Position numbers and translations under genes: made by a program | Notes under the pieces: model-generated | Told to the model about the DNA's origin: nothing | What the model saw: only the letters and a program-made list of their open reading frames with translations | Databases searched by the model: none | Shown here: positions 24,836 through 36,536 of the stretch, piece after piece | Numbering within the stretch: position 1 is the stretch's first letter | Layout: each line of letters begins with the position of its first letter | Assembly: GCF_006345805.1 (NCBI RefSeq) | Contig: NW_021836127.1 | Span: 62,001 to 126,000 of the forward strand | Reading direction: 5' to 3' | From: Octopus sinensis | Lineage: Eukaryota | Length of the DNA: 64,000 bases

Positions 24836-25366
24836 TTAGAAGCATTCTCTTTTTCTTATAAATTACATATTAATAAACTAATACATTATATCTTCTGACG
24901 AATTTTACTCCTACACAAATAATAGATAGTGCTATTAATGAAACTCCGAGAGAAATTAATGAAATTTGAATTATATAACGATTTTTATCATACTAAAATA
25001 TATTTTAAACAAATAAAATACAACCCAGGTGTGGAATCTGTTCTTGAAAGATGAATTTTTATTTTCAGATTTCACTTTTTTATTAGATATATTTAACAAA
25101 TTTTTCATTATAGCAAATAAAAATGTAGCTTCCTCAAACAATATATCCTTTAGAGATTCTTGGTATTTATCCACTTGTTTATCCTTTTTTAATTTAACTT
25201 CGGTCGTTTCTTTTAAATAGGTCAATTAATGAGGAAAATACCAGTTGAAATTGACTTATTAATGTTGCCTGGTGTTTGATAAATATCTGGAGATGTTGTA
25301 CGTACAAGAAAAAACAGATTTGATAAAATCTAGGTGTTAGATAAAGTTAAATACCAAAAAAATCAT
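24836..25366 (-). CDS. Small orphan single-pass membrane protein (predicted, spliced)
   Basis: Manual splicing with GT-AG introns of 25, 19, 32 and 32 nt gives MIFL|ILSNLFFL|IFIKHQATLNKSIST|ETTEVKLKKDK..FHTW|YDKNRYIIQISLISLGVSLIALSIICVGVKFVRR: a hydrophobic N-terminus plus a C-terminal TM helix followed by basic residues. Confidence 0.45.
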
Positions 25367-26926
25367 TACACTAAAAATTATTCAAGACTGTTCTATATTT
25401 TATTTCTTTTTAGAATTCTAGGTTATATTATTAAAAAAATTTCACATAATTATTAAAAAATTAAAATATAATAATTTTATTAATAATTCTCAATTACAAT
25501 ATAAATTTAAAATTTTAATATAATTACAGTGAAAACAAAAATTTGATTTGCTATTTATCTGGGCTGATGATAGGGCGTATTATAAGATACATTGACATAG
25601 AGATTTCGGAAGATTAAGTCGAGAAAAAAAGATTCACTTTAGATAGGACTTATAAAAAAGATATTTCTGTCATAAAAGAAACTAAAAAATAGTTTCAGGT
25701 TTAGGGATATATTCCTTTTTGTAAGTCGTATTGAACATGTCGGGATATTCAATGTACGCTATCTTCCGATAATTAGCAAAATTATGTCACTTTCCAGATT
25801 GACCAAGTAATTCTTGGAAAATGATTTACAGCTTTGAACAGCAGGGACAAGAGTGATTCAAACCAAAATCTCAAATACATAGTTTTTATCCACCGGCTGT
25901 TCAGGCCTTTTGTTAGCGAAAATCAATTGACGTGCATTATTTCTGTTCTTACATCTATCAACTATTGGGAGAGATTGATCCCTGGGGTACTTGAAGACCG
26001 AGTTTTACCACATTTACACGTCCGCGACCGACGAGGGGGTAATTGTAGAATGCATATTCTTAGCCCAATCATCCCAAAAGTATCGGAATACTAAATGAGA
26101 TTTAAAAAAACAAAAAAGATAATATTCAACAAATAAATGAATTATTCAATTTCACATTATTAAGAATCTTTTACAAAATTTCATACCAAATTGCAAAATC
26201 AAAATCCTAAAACATAAAACAAGTGAATGAATGAATGAATTTTTTATTAAAACGGAAAAGCCGAAAAAAGAGAGAGAAAGTTAATGAGACATAAAACAAG
26301 TCAGTTACTCGTTTAAATGGAATATAATTATTTGTTGTTTTTTTCCGGGCATATGTTTTCTAACAAGGATTTTCATAATTGTTCAATTTAAAATCAGCCT
26401 ATCGTTTGAAAAAAATGGCGAAGATGATATTCGGATATGTCTTTCATCAGAGAATCTAGAAATATAAAGATTAGCTGTTGTTAATTAAATAATTTTTTAA
26501 ATTGATTACGCAAAAAATTATTTTGATGCTCAGGGGTATGCAAAACAAAAATGTTTGAAAACCACTGTTCGAGGGCTTCCGAGACATAAGTCCACTTTGC
26601 AGACCATTTCCAACATTAATGACTAGGACATTTAATGACTTGTTTAATTTTCCTGCCTCCACTCTATACTGGACAATTCTGTCGGCCCCGAAAGGTTTGA
26701 CTGAAATTTATTTAATTAATTATAAACTGAATACGAAACATGCTTCCTCCAGTACAGAGCACGGTTGAATACGATTCGTTTAAAAAAATCAATAATCAAT
26801 ATACCGATTCAAAAAGATAACTAACAAAATGGAAAACTTTACTAATGGCAGAACCTTAAATTGTTTAAAAATGAAGTTTTATATTGTAACAAAGTTTTCT
26901 ATAAATTAGTCAAATTATTTACAACC

Positions 26927-27217
26927 AGGGTTTTTAAAAATCATAATTTTTATTAAGAAAATCAAAAAAATCTGATTTTTTTGATTTAAACATGATTTTT
27001 TTAATTTAAATCAGATTTTTATAAAATAAATGTACAAATTGAACAAATTCGAGATGTTCTACAGCAGCAAAACGAGTGTTAGTAAAATACCACTGGACTG
27101 CCAGTCTTTCAGGAATAATATGTTTATCAAAGTGAACTCACAAGGAATCACGCCTTCCTCCAGACATTTAATCAATTTAGATAATTTTAATTTGTTTGAT
27201 TTTTTAATGATTTAAAT
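26927..27217. mobile_element. Remnant of a hAT-like element, interrupted by the Buster insertion and continuing after 28591
   Basis: Begins CAGGG followed by repeated palindromic GATTTAAATC / AAATC..GATTT subterminal motifs. The minus strand shows YFTNTRFAAVEHLEF, similar to hAT N-terminal F.VE..F motifs. Confidence 0.4.
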
Positions 27218-28590
27218 CAGCGGTTCTCAAATGCGGCCCGCAGGATTTTTTTTGCGGCCCCTCTAGAGTAACTAACTTTTTTAATTTTTTAATAATGTTA
27301 AAATTTAATTATTTATTGATTGTTCCAAAGATATAACCGAAAATAGTTTCGATCAATTAATATGGCATCACTGCATAATTCACCAGGAAAATCTTATCGC
27401 CAAGTTCATTAAAATGGAACATGTTTCCAAAAAAGTCGTTAATATCGTTTATTGGATACGCTCAAAAGCGCTCAATCACCGATATTTTAAATCTTTTTTG
27501 GAAGAAGTTGATGCTGAGTATGGAGATGTTATTTTTCATACTGAAGTGAGGTGGTTAAGTCGTTCGAAATGCCTTAATATTTTATTAAAGGTTCTATAAA
27601 TTGCTTCCAGAAATTAAGGAGTTTACCAAAGACAAAGTAATTTTCGATGAACTTTACGATGAAAGATGGATTGCCGATTTGGCTTTTTATGTTGATTTAA
27701 CCACGCATTTGTCGGATCTCAATGTTGAATTACAAGGAAAAGGCAAACTCTGTTATCAGGTATATGGATATATTTCTTCGTTTATCGAAAAATTATATTT
27801 ATGGATGACTTCCCTTAAAGAGGGAGATACATCTCATTTTTATTCACTATCTGAAAACAACGAAGGCGCTGCTTATGAAAAATACATATCCATAATTGGT
27901 GATTTAATTAATCAATTCGAAGCACGTTTTGGGGTACATTTATATAAATTTAATTTTTAGAATTTTAAAAAATTCCTTCCTTTAATGAAAATATTCGCAA
28001 CTCCATTCAGCGTGGAAATTAAGGATGCGCCTGCAAAGTTTCAACTAGAACTCATTAATTTACAACATGATATAGAACTGGCGGCATTGTTCAAAAAAGC
28101 GTCCATTATTAATTTTTACGAATTAATTCCTCAAGACAAATTCAAAAATATAACACACAATGCATATATGAATATATCAATGTTTGGATCTACTATTTAT
28201 GCGAATCAATATTTAGTAAAATGATTCGCATAAAAAATAAATATCGTAACAAACTCACGGATAATCAATCGAGTCAGCTTTTACGAACTTCTTCGACTTT
28301 ACTTATTCCGGATTTCAAAAATTTAATAAACAAATAATACTTTCTTTTTAGTTACAACGCCTTTTTTTTAGATTTTTTAGCTTGTAATTCTTTATAAAGG
28401 AAATGGAAATTAAAAAAAGAAAAAACAGAGTCCAAAAACTCATTACGCATCAGCAGTGGCTGCACTTCGGATTGCAAGCAAGTTACCGGCTTCGAAAATA
28501 TAAAAATATATAAAATATTTTTTGTGCGGCCCGCGAAGCTAATCTTAATTATCGATTTGGCCCTTGAGCTAAAAAGGTTGAGAACTCCTG
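27218..28590 (+). mobile_element. Internally deleted Buster/SPIN hAT related to 2068-4308
   Basis: TIRs CAGCGGTTCTCAA / TTGAGAACTCCTG; TSD ATTTAAAT on both sides. HTEVRWLSR, WIADLAFYVDLTTHLSDLNVELQGK and MFGST. 27-nt intron at 27934-27960. Confidence 0.94.
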
Positions 28591-28649
28591 ATTTAAATCA
28601 TTGATTTTTTGTTGATTACAATCAAATTCTTTAAATCAAACAATTTTGC

Positions 28650-30900
28650 TTACAACTACAAATTGAATTTGAAACACGCGACAAAGGAAAATCGAAGGGA
28701 ATTATCTTCATTATTAATTTATGTGCCCCACATTCTGGGATTGTTGTGAAAGACCCAGGCGTTTTAAACATATTCTACTCTGAGCTATCCAAAGTCTACA
28801 ACGAACTTGAATCCTTTTTCATAATATTCATTGCGGGTGATTTCAATGCCAAAGTTGGCACTCAAAAAGGATTAGAACAATTTATGGGAAGACATAGACG
28901 CGGTATAAGAAACTTGTATGGGTGGTTCCTTGCGAATTTCTGTCCGTTATATGACTTATTTATATGTAATACTGCTTTTCAGAACCCTGCACATCACAAA
29001 ACGACATGGACTGGTCGAAGGATGAATAACACAGGAGAATCGTTATGGCTAAGATCTGCATTAAAATGCATTTTATGCGCTTAAAGAAGACTATACCCAA
29101 AAATTCTAGAGAAGTCGGATATATGATTGAAAAGCTAAGGTTTAACCCACTTATTCAAGAAGTTTATAAACAACACATTGAATATCTATTGAAAAACCTG
29201 GACATGGCTCAGTCGAATCAAGACATTTGGAATAGCCTAATTGGAGGGATACATACGGCAGCGGAAAAGCATATCGGAAAGAAGATTGAAGCTGGAGGAA
29301 AATTTATGAAAGCCTGCCATCCTGAAGTTCCAATGATATCCTTAAGGCAAAAAAATGTCAAGCTTAAATTACAAAATATCATTGACGCGAACAAAAACAG
29401 ATTGCAATTCTTTGAAATGGAAAATAAAGAAACTAAACAACGAGCATATAAGAAATCTAATGAGGGCTAATATAAATGAAGTCGAAAACTTAAAAGATTG
29501 TGCACAAATGTTTGCAGCACCCCGTTTGCTGCAAAATAAAAAGCAAAAAACTCAGCTAAGGATACATGACTTTGAGGGAAGAACTATACTTGACCCTCAG
29601 GGACAAACAAAAGTCATCGCAAACCACTTTGAGAAGTAATTTAACTCGTTAAATGGATCTCTGGATGCTTTCATCGGATTGCCAAGAGAATTAGTAATTT
29701 CGATTACGTCTGAAGAAGTGCATTCAGCAATTTTAAAATTGAGGAACAATCGATCTCCAAGACCCGATAGCATTAACTCCGAACTACTAAAATACGGGCC
29801 ATATATACTATTTGAAATCATTGCGAAATTTCTGAACGATATATTCACATCGAATTCTTCTCTACCTGTGGAGAAAGGCATTCTAATCCCAATTCAAAAA
29901 CCACATAAGCTGAAAGGCCCTTCGGAGAACATACGGCCGGTCATTCTTTTAAACTCTCTTCGAAAAGTGCTTGCACTGATCATCCTGAATTGAATAAAAA
30001 AGCCTGTCGACGAATATTTCTCTGCCAGTCATAGTGGGTCAGACAAGAGAGATCTACAGCGGATATTGTATGGACCATGAATGGAAATGCGCTATATCTC
30101 AAAGATTCAAATGTGTAACCACACTTTTGGGAATTGACATGTCCAGGGAACAAGGCACAATAAACAAGGCAAAGTTGATTGAAACGCTTTTTGGATGAAA
30201 GCTCAGTTAGAGTAATTAGATTGCTTCTAGCCAACACTGAACTTGAATTAAGAATAAGACGACACAAATCGATGAGTTTTGAAACGACACTGGGAACGCC
30301 TCAGGGAGACTCATTATCTCCGTTGCTATTCGTAATATACTTGGAGTCGGCCTTACAAGATATAAGACCATTTTACAAAGGTGGAACCGAGGAAACAATT
30401 TATACCGATGACGTTGACTTAATATCCGAAGACAAATCCTCATTAATAGAACTTCTCGAACTTGCATCGGATCATTTAAGAAAATGGTTCCTTTATGTAA
30501 ACAAAGAAAAAACTGATCTTGTGAAAGTAACAATATCAAATGACAAAATTGATGAAAGATAGCGCCATGTACAAAAACTTGGCTCTCTTCTGAGAGACAG
30601 TGAGGATATTACAAGGAGAAAAATGCTGACATCTGCAGCAATGCACAAACTCTGAAAGGAATGGCTATCATATGGATCAGCGAATATTCAATCCCGGACA
30701 AGGTCGAAAGCACAAGCATTAAGGTTGACCCTTCAGCCATTTATGTTGATGCTTCAAGCATTATCATTAGTCATCAAGAATTAGCATTTCTCTATGGAGT
30801 GGCCCATTTAAGTGAACGTATTCTCCTAAAGATTATGATCACCTGGTGTCTGGTGTTAGTGTATCAAGCATGATAACGAAGCAAGCATGATATACGCGAT
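28650..30900 (+). mobile_element. Near full-length, degenerate RTE-clade LINE (APE plus RT)
   Basis: AGDFNAKVG, CNTAFQ.PA.HKTTW, SPRPDSINSELLKYG, ENIRPVILLNSLRK, GTPQGDSLSPLLFVIYLE and YTDD. Confidence 0.88.
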
Positions 30901-31560
30901 TTTGCATACAGAAAAGGCACGTCATCTTGGAGCCTAGCTATGTACGGTTTCAAAAGTGAACAAGTGATAGATGTGAAAGGGTTGATCAATGTACAAAAAG
31001 AGTTTTTTATAAAAAAAAAGATCAACTTACAAACCATTCTCAAACCCTCTTCAAAGTTTTGGACAATCCTCATGTTGATGTTAAGTTGTCAACGACTTGG
31101 TTAAGAGATGGAAATAGCTCCCTTTGATCTGAGAGATTATTTACCTATCTGCAAGATTAAAACTTTTTCTGGAATCGATTTAAAGTCTGTCCTCATTGTA
31201 AAAAGAGATGTCTTTGTGGAAAACATTGCCACGAAATGCGGTAGTATGCTTTACCATCACTATACGTGGAAAAATAAAGAGGTAGTGCGTATTCTAGACT
31301 TGGTGCTGTGCTATATGTTGATATTAGACGTTCTAAAAAGCTACGAACTCATAAGATGCAATCTGTAGTAGAGACCGCCAGAGTATGCGTTTAAGTGGAT
31401 ATTACCATTCACATTTCGATTGTTGTCCAGCACAATAAGCCAGACATTGTGATACAAGATAAGATCTCTATTGAGATACTTATCATTTATGCACAGATTC
31501 AAAATCATTGTCATTTCTTGCGTACTATTTCCAGACTTGTCATGCAGACGGGTAGTCGGA
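30900..31560 (+). mobile_element. Degenerate RLE-type non-LTR 3' fragment
   Basis: ENIATKCGSML..Y..K..EVVR and HNKPDIVIQDK match the element at 14230-15090. Confidence 0.6.
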
Positions 31561-31738
31561 TTAATTTAATTAACTTTTAATTATCTGTTTTCGTTATATA
31601 AAGCATATTCTTTTAATAACGAATTTGACTTTTGTTCGGAAATCTTGTATTGGTATTGTCTAGTTTTGTTGAAACATCCAAATTTTTAAAAATTAATTTA
31701 ATGTTATTAAATATCAGATGACAGAAAAAAGGAGTAAA

Positions 31739-31900
31739 TTATATGGCAGCGGTGAAGAGGCAGTGTGCGTTGCCACAAACGATAGCTAGGCGGATGCGCT
31801 GGAAGGACCAGTAACACTCTCTCGGATTCTTAAACCTCCTCACAATTGAAAACCCGACCTTGTTAAGAAACAAATGAGTGTCCCTTCCCGCGGTTCCAGG
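31739..31900 (-). mobile_element. CRE-like non-LTR endonuclease C-terminal fragment
   Basis: RE..WSFQRIRLAIVCGNA resembles the FQR.S.AI.RGNA C-terminus of CRE-type elements. Confidence 0.6.
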
Positions 31901-32049
31901 GCAATTAGTACAACACGGTAGCGGTCCGCCAGGGCTGAATACTTTTCCAATTTTATCTTTTTGGCGTGGTTTGGCGTGTTTAAATAAAAGGCATGATAAT
32001 TCCTGTAACATTTATTAAATTAATGTTGTTCATAAATTCTAAAATTGAA

Positions 32050-32830
32050 TCATACAATTGAAAAAATCGACGCAAACAGTTTCCTTTTGAAAGCCATCTA
32101 AAATAAGTAGAAATCTACGATAAACTCCAACCATCGCAGGTGCGCCATCTGTTGAACAAACAGTAATATTGCTAAGGGGTATTTCATGTCTCCAGAAATA
32201 TTATTCAACAGTTTTATAAATTGTTAACCCTCTTGTTCCGAGTTCAATGTGTTTAGAAAATAAGAATTCTTTTCAAATTACATCATTTTGATTAATAAAA
32301 CGTACGTAAATTAATACAAGTCCAACACTATCGGTAAATGTCGATTCATCAATTTGAATTAAAAATTTTGTTGTTCTTAAAAATGCACATAAAATTTCTT
32401 CGATATCAGATGCCATTTCATCAATTCTGCAATAGAATGAACTATTACTCAAAGGAATCGATAAAATTATTTGTTTAGAATCGCAACCCACCATTAAATT
32501 TAGCACTTCTTTGATAACTGGTTAATTAAAAACTCTTCAAAAGTATGAGGTTTCTCTTATTTCCCTATCAATTGTGATATTTTGTATGATGCTAATAGGA
32601 CTTTTTCAAGCATCCTCGAATTTTTTGTAAATATTTAATTAATCTTAAAATAATTTTCATAATTATATTTCAAATTAGAAAAATAATTAATATCCGCATC
32701 AAGTTTCTCAGGATGACAAATCTTATGATTATTTAGCATTCTTGAGGGCTTCATTCCTTTATTTGTAAAGACCTTTTTATACATGAGACACATAGGAAGT
32801 GAATTGTTATGATTGTAAGGTATCATTCCA
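32050..32830 (-). mobile_element. Degenerate ZBED5/Buster-like hAT transposase 5' fragment
   Basis: P.CLM...VF.N..MKPSR, IPLSNSS..RIDEMASDI, IQIDESTF and YVRFI. Confidence 0.75.
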
Positions 32831-32934
32831 AACTTTAGATATTCACCCGATATATTTTTTATCAGACATCTATAAAAAATACAATAATCACTTGAATATA
32901 TTTCTCGGTATCCTCATTGCTCGGAAGAAAATGG

Positions 32935-33400
32935 ATGCTCGCAAGTCCTCTTGGTTGAGGCAGAGGGGGTCTGCTTTGAGCATATACTCGTAGGTCTTCA
33001 AGGTCGTCAGCACATCCAAGTTTCTTCCAATTCCGTTAAGATCCTTGTTTAGTGCAACAGGGAGAGTGACCCTGGGTCTTCATCTGAACGTTTCACTAAG
33101 TCCTACCACTTTTAATTTGTAGTACTGCCATTGTTTCATCAACCCTCCACACTCTGTAAATTCTCCCATCAAGACAACGATGGATAGCAAAGGTAGGTCA
33201 GTAGTTATTAAATTCGGAGTTTAGAAGTAGAAGTTGAATCGTGCAAATAGTGACCTCATATTATGTTAAGTCTTTTATTAGATTCGCCCTTTTTTCTTTA
33301 AGCCTCGAACGTTGAATTACGCCAAAGTGAACAGATTATTCGAAACGTGTGAAAAAGACATGACTTTAGGAATCACGTCACCGTTTAACCAAGAAATAAT
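32935..33400 (-). mobile_element. Bipartite (internally deleted) RTE derivative
   Basis: The 5' MSFSHV.NN..TLA.FNVRGL (APE start) is joined directly to RPRVTLPVALNKDL..RKLGCADDLEDL (extreme RT C-terminus). Confidence 0.65.
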
Positions 33401-33536
33401 TCTTAGTTAAATAATTTAAAATAGAATTTACAAAAAAATATTAAAAAGAAATAAATTATTAATATCTAAAATTGGTGTTTTGCGAGTTTTTGGAAGGAAC
33501 TACCTACTTAAAAATATCTATCTAGTGATTTTTGAA

Positions 33537-34734
33537 ATGTTAGTTTTACTTATATCGTTTTCACTTACAACTATGCACATAAGTAAGTTTAATAATGAGG
33601 TTTGTTAGATTTGATGATTTGGGAAAATAAAACAATTACTAATGACCCAAATTGCTTTAATTTAACAGGTAAGAATTTCCAAATAAAATATTATTTTTAG
33701 AAGTATACGAAGAAGTATATGCTAATCGTTATAAATTTGCAACAAGATTTTGTGGATATACAGAATATCACATTTACTACAGCGGTTTGGAATTTTGCAA
33801 CTATAATATAGAATTTCCACACGCAAATTTTTATATTAAAGAAAATGGAAACAAGCAGGCTTGCTTTGAGAGAAAAGATTATGGATATTCACTTGAGAGT
33901 TTTATATTAATGGTTGATATTTTGAATTTATAATTTAAAGATGAGAAATGAACTTGATTATGGATATACGTATCCTAACAAAACAGTCGATCTAGAAGAT
34001 GTTAATGATTTTTCGTTCACTTATTGGCTATTCCCAGATAAAGATGCTATTTCTTTTAGTATTTTATATAAGATTAAATTTAGATTTTCCGTACGTTCTC
34101 AAAGAATTCGAGATAATTTACTATCAAAACAATTTTTTCAATTTCTACTTAAAAACAAAAATAAATGAATTTAGCTTTGCTCGTATTTGTACTAATATCG
34201 ATAACTACACTCGTTGTGACAATATCGAAAACAGTTTCATATTTGTAATATGATTTTTAGATACTGTTTCTATTCAATCATGGAATTCAAAATTAGACAA
34301 ACTATTTGTAACTTTAGAATTTAAACTAAAACATGGTCTTACGGAACACTATTATATAAATAAATCAATTAAAAGAAGTGGAAAATATCTTCCGGAGAAC
34401 GAAGATAATAAAGGCCTTTTATACAGAATCGAGTCAGATTGGATAGAATGGAAACAAAATATTAGTTCCCTAGAAAGAACGGAACCATCTTGGATAATAG
34501 TACCAAAGATAAAAGAAAAAATAAAAATAAAAAGTTCTTTTGATTGATAATATTTTAGATTTGTATATATCTTTAGTAATATCAACTTTTGCAGCAATTG
34601 TTATCGTTATTTTCATAAATAGTAATCCAATATTTAATGTAATAGTTTTAATATACTGGATCAAAAAAAGAAAAGAAAAACAAATGTATGAGAAAATAAA
34701 TAAAACCTTATCTAGATTTTCAATTAATTATTAA
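33537..34734 (+). CDS. Orphan type-I membrane glycoprotein (signal peptide, Cys/aromatic-rich ectodomain, TM, short tail)
   Basis: Seven GT-AG micro-introns (about 24-32 nt, six of them phase 1) give one open frame: MLVLLISFSLTTMHI|NLMIWENKTITNDPNCFNLT|EVYEEV..|..|NLYISLVISTFAAIVIVIFINI|LIYWIKKRKEK..NY*. N-glycosylation sequons NKT, NLT, NKS and NIS. Confidence 0.7.
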
Positions 34735-35279
34735 CTAATATATATAAAATTCTGTTTTTAGTTTTGTTTTTAGGGTCTAATTTTTGCAAAACTTTTATTT
34801 TTTGTATTTTTTAAATTCTTAAAATGTAAAAAATCTTTACAATTGATTTAGTTTAATTGAAATTTAAACTAAAAATAGCATAAAATTATAAAACTTCTTT
34901 TTTTTAATTACTTTATTTTTAATCCGAATTTGGCTCAATAAGCATGTCATTTTGAAAAGTGAATATAAATTAAACATTAGATTAAAAGAAGGCTGTTCCG
35001 TATCTTTTTTATTTGTAATATGGTATCTTTAAATTCATTAATATAAAAATGTTTGTGTTCAAACTAACGGTATAGTCCGTCGTGCCCTACGCTGGTGACT
35101 AGGGTCGTTACCAACATTCATGACTTTCAAAATTTGATACTGATAAAATTTTGTAAATGCACAACTTTAACCACAAGTGACAACTACAGTAAAGTCTTTC
35201 ATACCCGCCACCCTTTGATAACCGCTACAAAAAAATATTTTTTTTTAATGAAACAAGTATTTAATTACAAGTTAATTAA

Positions 35280-35700
35280 TTAAAGGCTAGATGGGCGGGA
35301 AGCCGACGCGATCGAGAAAGAATTAGAGCGTACTATCGCAAGGGATATCCGCTCGAAAAACCATCTCGATTCGCGGGCGTCGCCTGTGATGGCAGACATG
35401 CGGGACCCGATCTCTTGAACGAAGCTGATTGCCTTACTGCCCAAGGAACCGGAAGTCTCAACCGCGAATGGAAGGAATTGGAACTTCTCCGTAAGTGAGG
35501 AGAACTTCCGCATCTTTTTGCATTCCGCGGTTGTGACAATAGATCCAGGAGCGGAGGCGGACATCAGCAGGTTCTGAGGCGAGAAAGAGTCCACACACGT
35601 GGCATCCCAGGTGAGAGGCTTCCCCCTGTTGAAGGGAAACACGGTTATCCCGTCAGGCCTTTTTCCGTCCCCCCGATCGATCCCAGAGGGTTCAAAGAAC
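35280..35700 (-). mobile_element. CRE-like non-LTR retrotransposon, RLE domain
   Basis: RPDGITVFPFNRGKPLTWDATCVDS, FLPFAVETSG and FERISLAIVRSN. GC-rich relative to the flanks. Confidence 0.85.
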
Positions 35701-36536
35701 TATCTTTGATCAAAAATAATTTATATCCTGAGGAGCTCTTTTTATTTTATGTTACGCACGTGCTGAAATTTTATGATTTCTTGGTTCGGAGTTCTGCTGA
35801 GAAAATTCTTAATTACATTCGATAATATTTCCTAATGTAGTCTAAACTTCCTATGAGTCACGGAAATCTGGGCCTTCGTTCCAGAGCCCTTTAAGTAATT
35901 AAATTATAATAAAATATCGTACAAATACTAAAATATCATCCTTTTGAATAAGATCTGAATTAGAAATAAAACAGCTCATTTGCCAGAATAACGAATGATT
36001 GACGAAATTAATTAAAATATTATACCAGACTAAAACTGTCATTGATTAGCTTTTTACTTGTAATTTAATAGTAAGAATTAAATGGCCGCATGGCCATTTG
36101 GATAGTAATCCATAAACTAAAAACTTGATATGACACTAAAAAGCATCTAAAAAGCACATTAAAAGCGACCTTCAGTGGTTGCGGGGCATAAAAAAGAAAA
36201 GCCTTAATTTTCATACCAAAAAATTAAATTGGCATGGAAAGTTTGCAAAAACAAATGAATTATATTTTTATTTTACCAACTTCAAATCAATAATATTTAG
36301 CTTGAAAATTTTTGACCGTTCGAGCTTTTGAATTTCAGTTCAGTGGGAACGTAAAAAATCTTACAAATCTCTTATCTTTAGTTTTGAAAAAGAGAAGGCT
36401 TACGAAAACAATACTTTTCTGACAAAAACAGGAGTTTCACTGAAGGGAAAAACTGGAAAAATAAATTTAAATACAATGAATGCACTTCGAGGCTAGCTTA
36501 ACTCACAGAAGGGAAAAACTGCTTCTTACTCTAAAG

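Noticed and set aside
25700-26700. LINE RT relic on the minus strand (VPQGSISP)
   Set aside because: Only one or two weak motifs; boundaries cannot be supported.
36100-36300. Tc1-like relic
   Set aside because: Only a vague KKP..FAK-like pattern and no termini.
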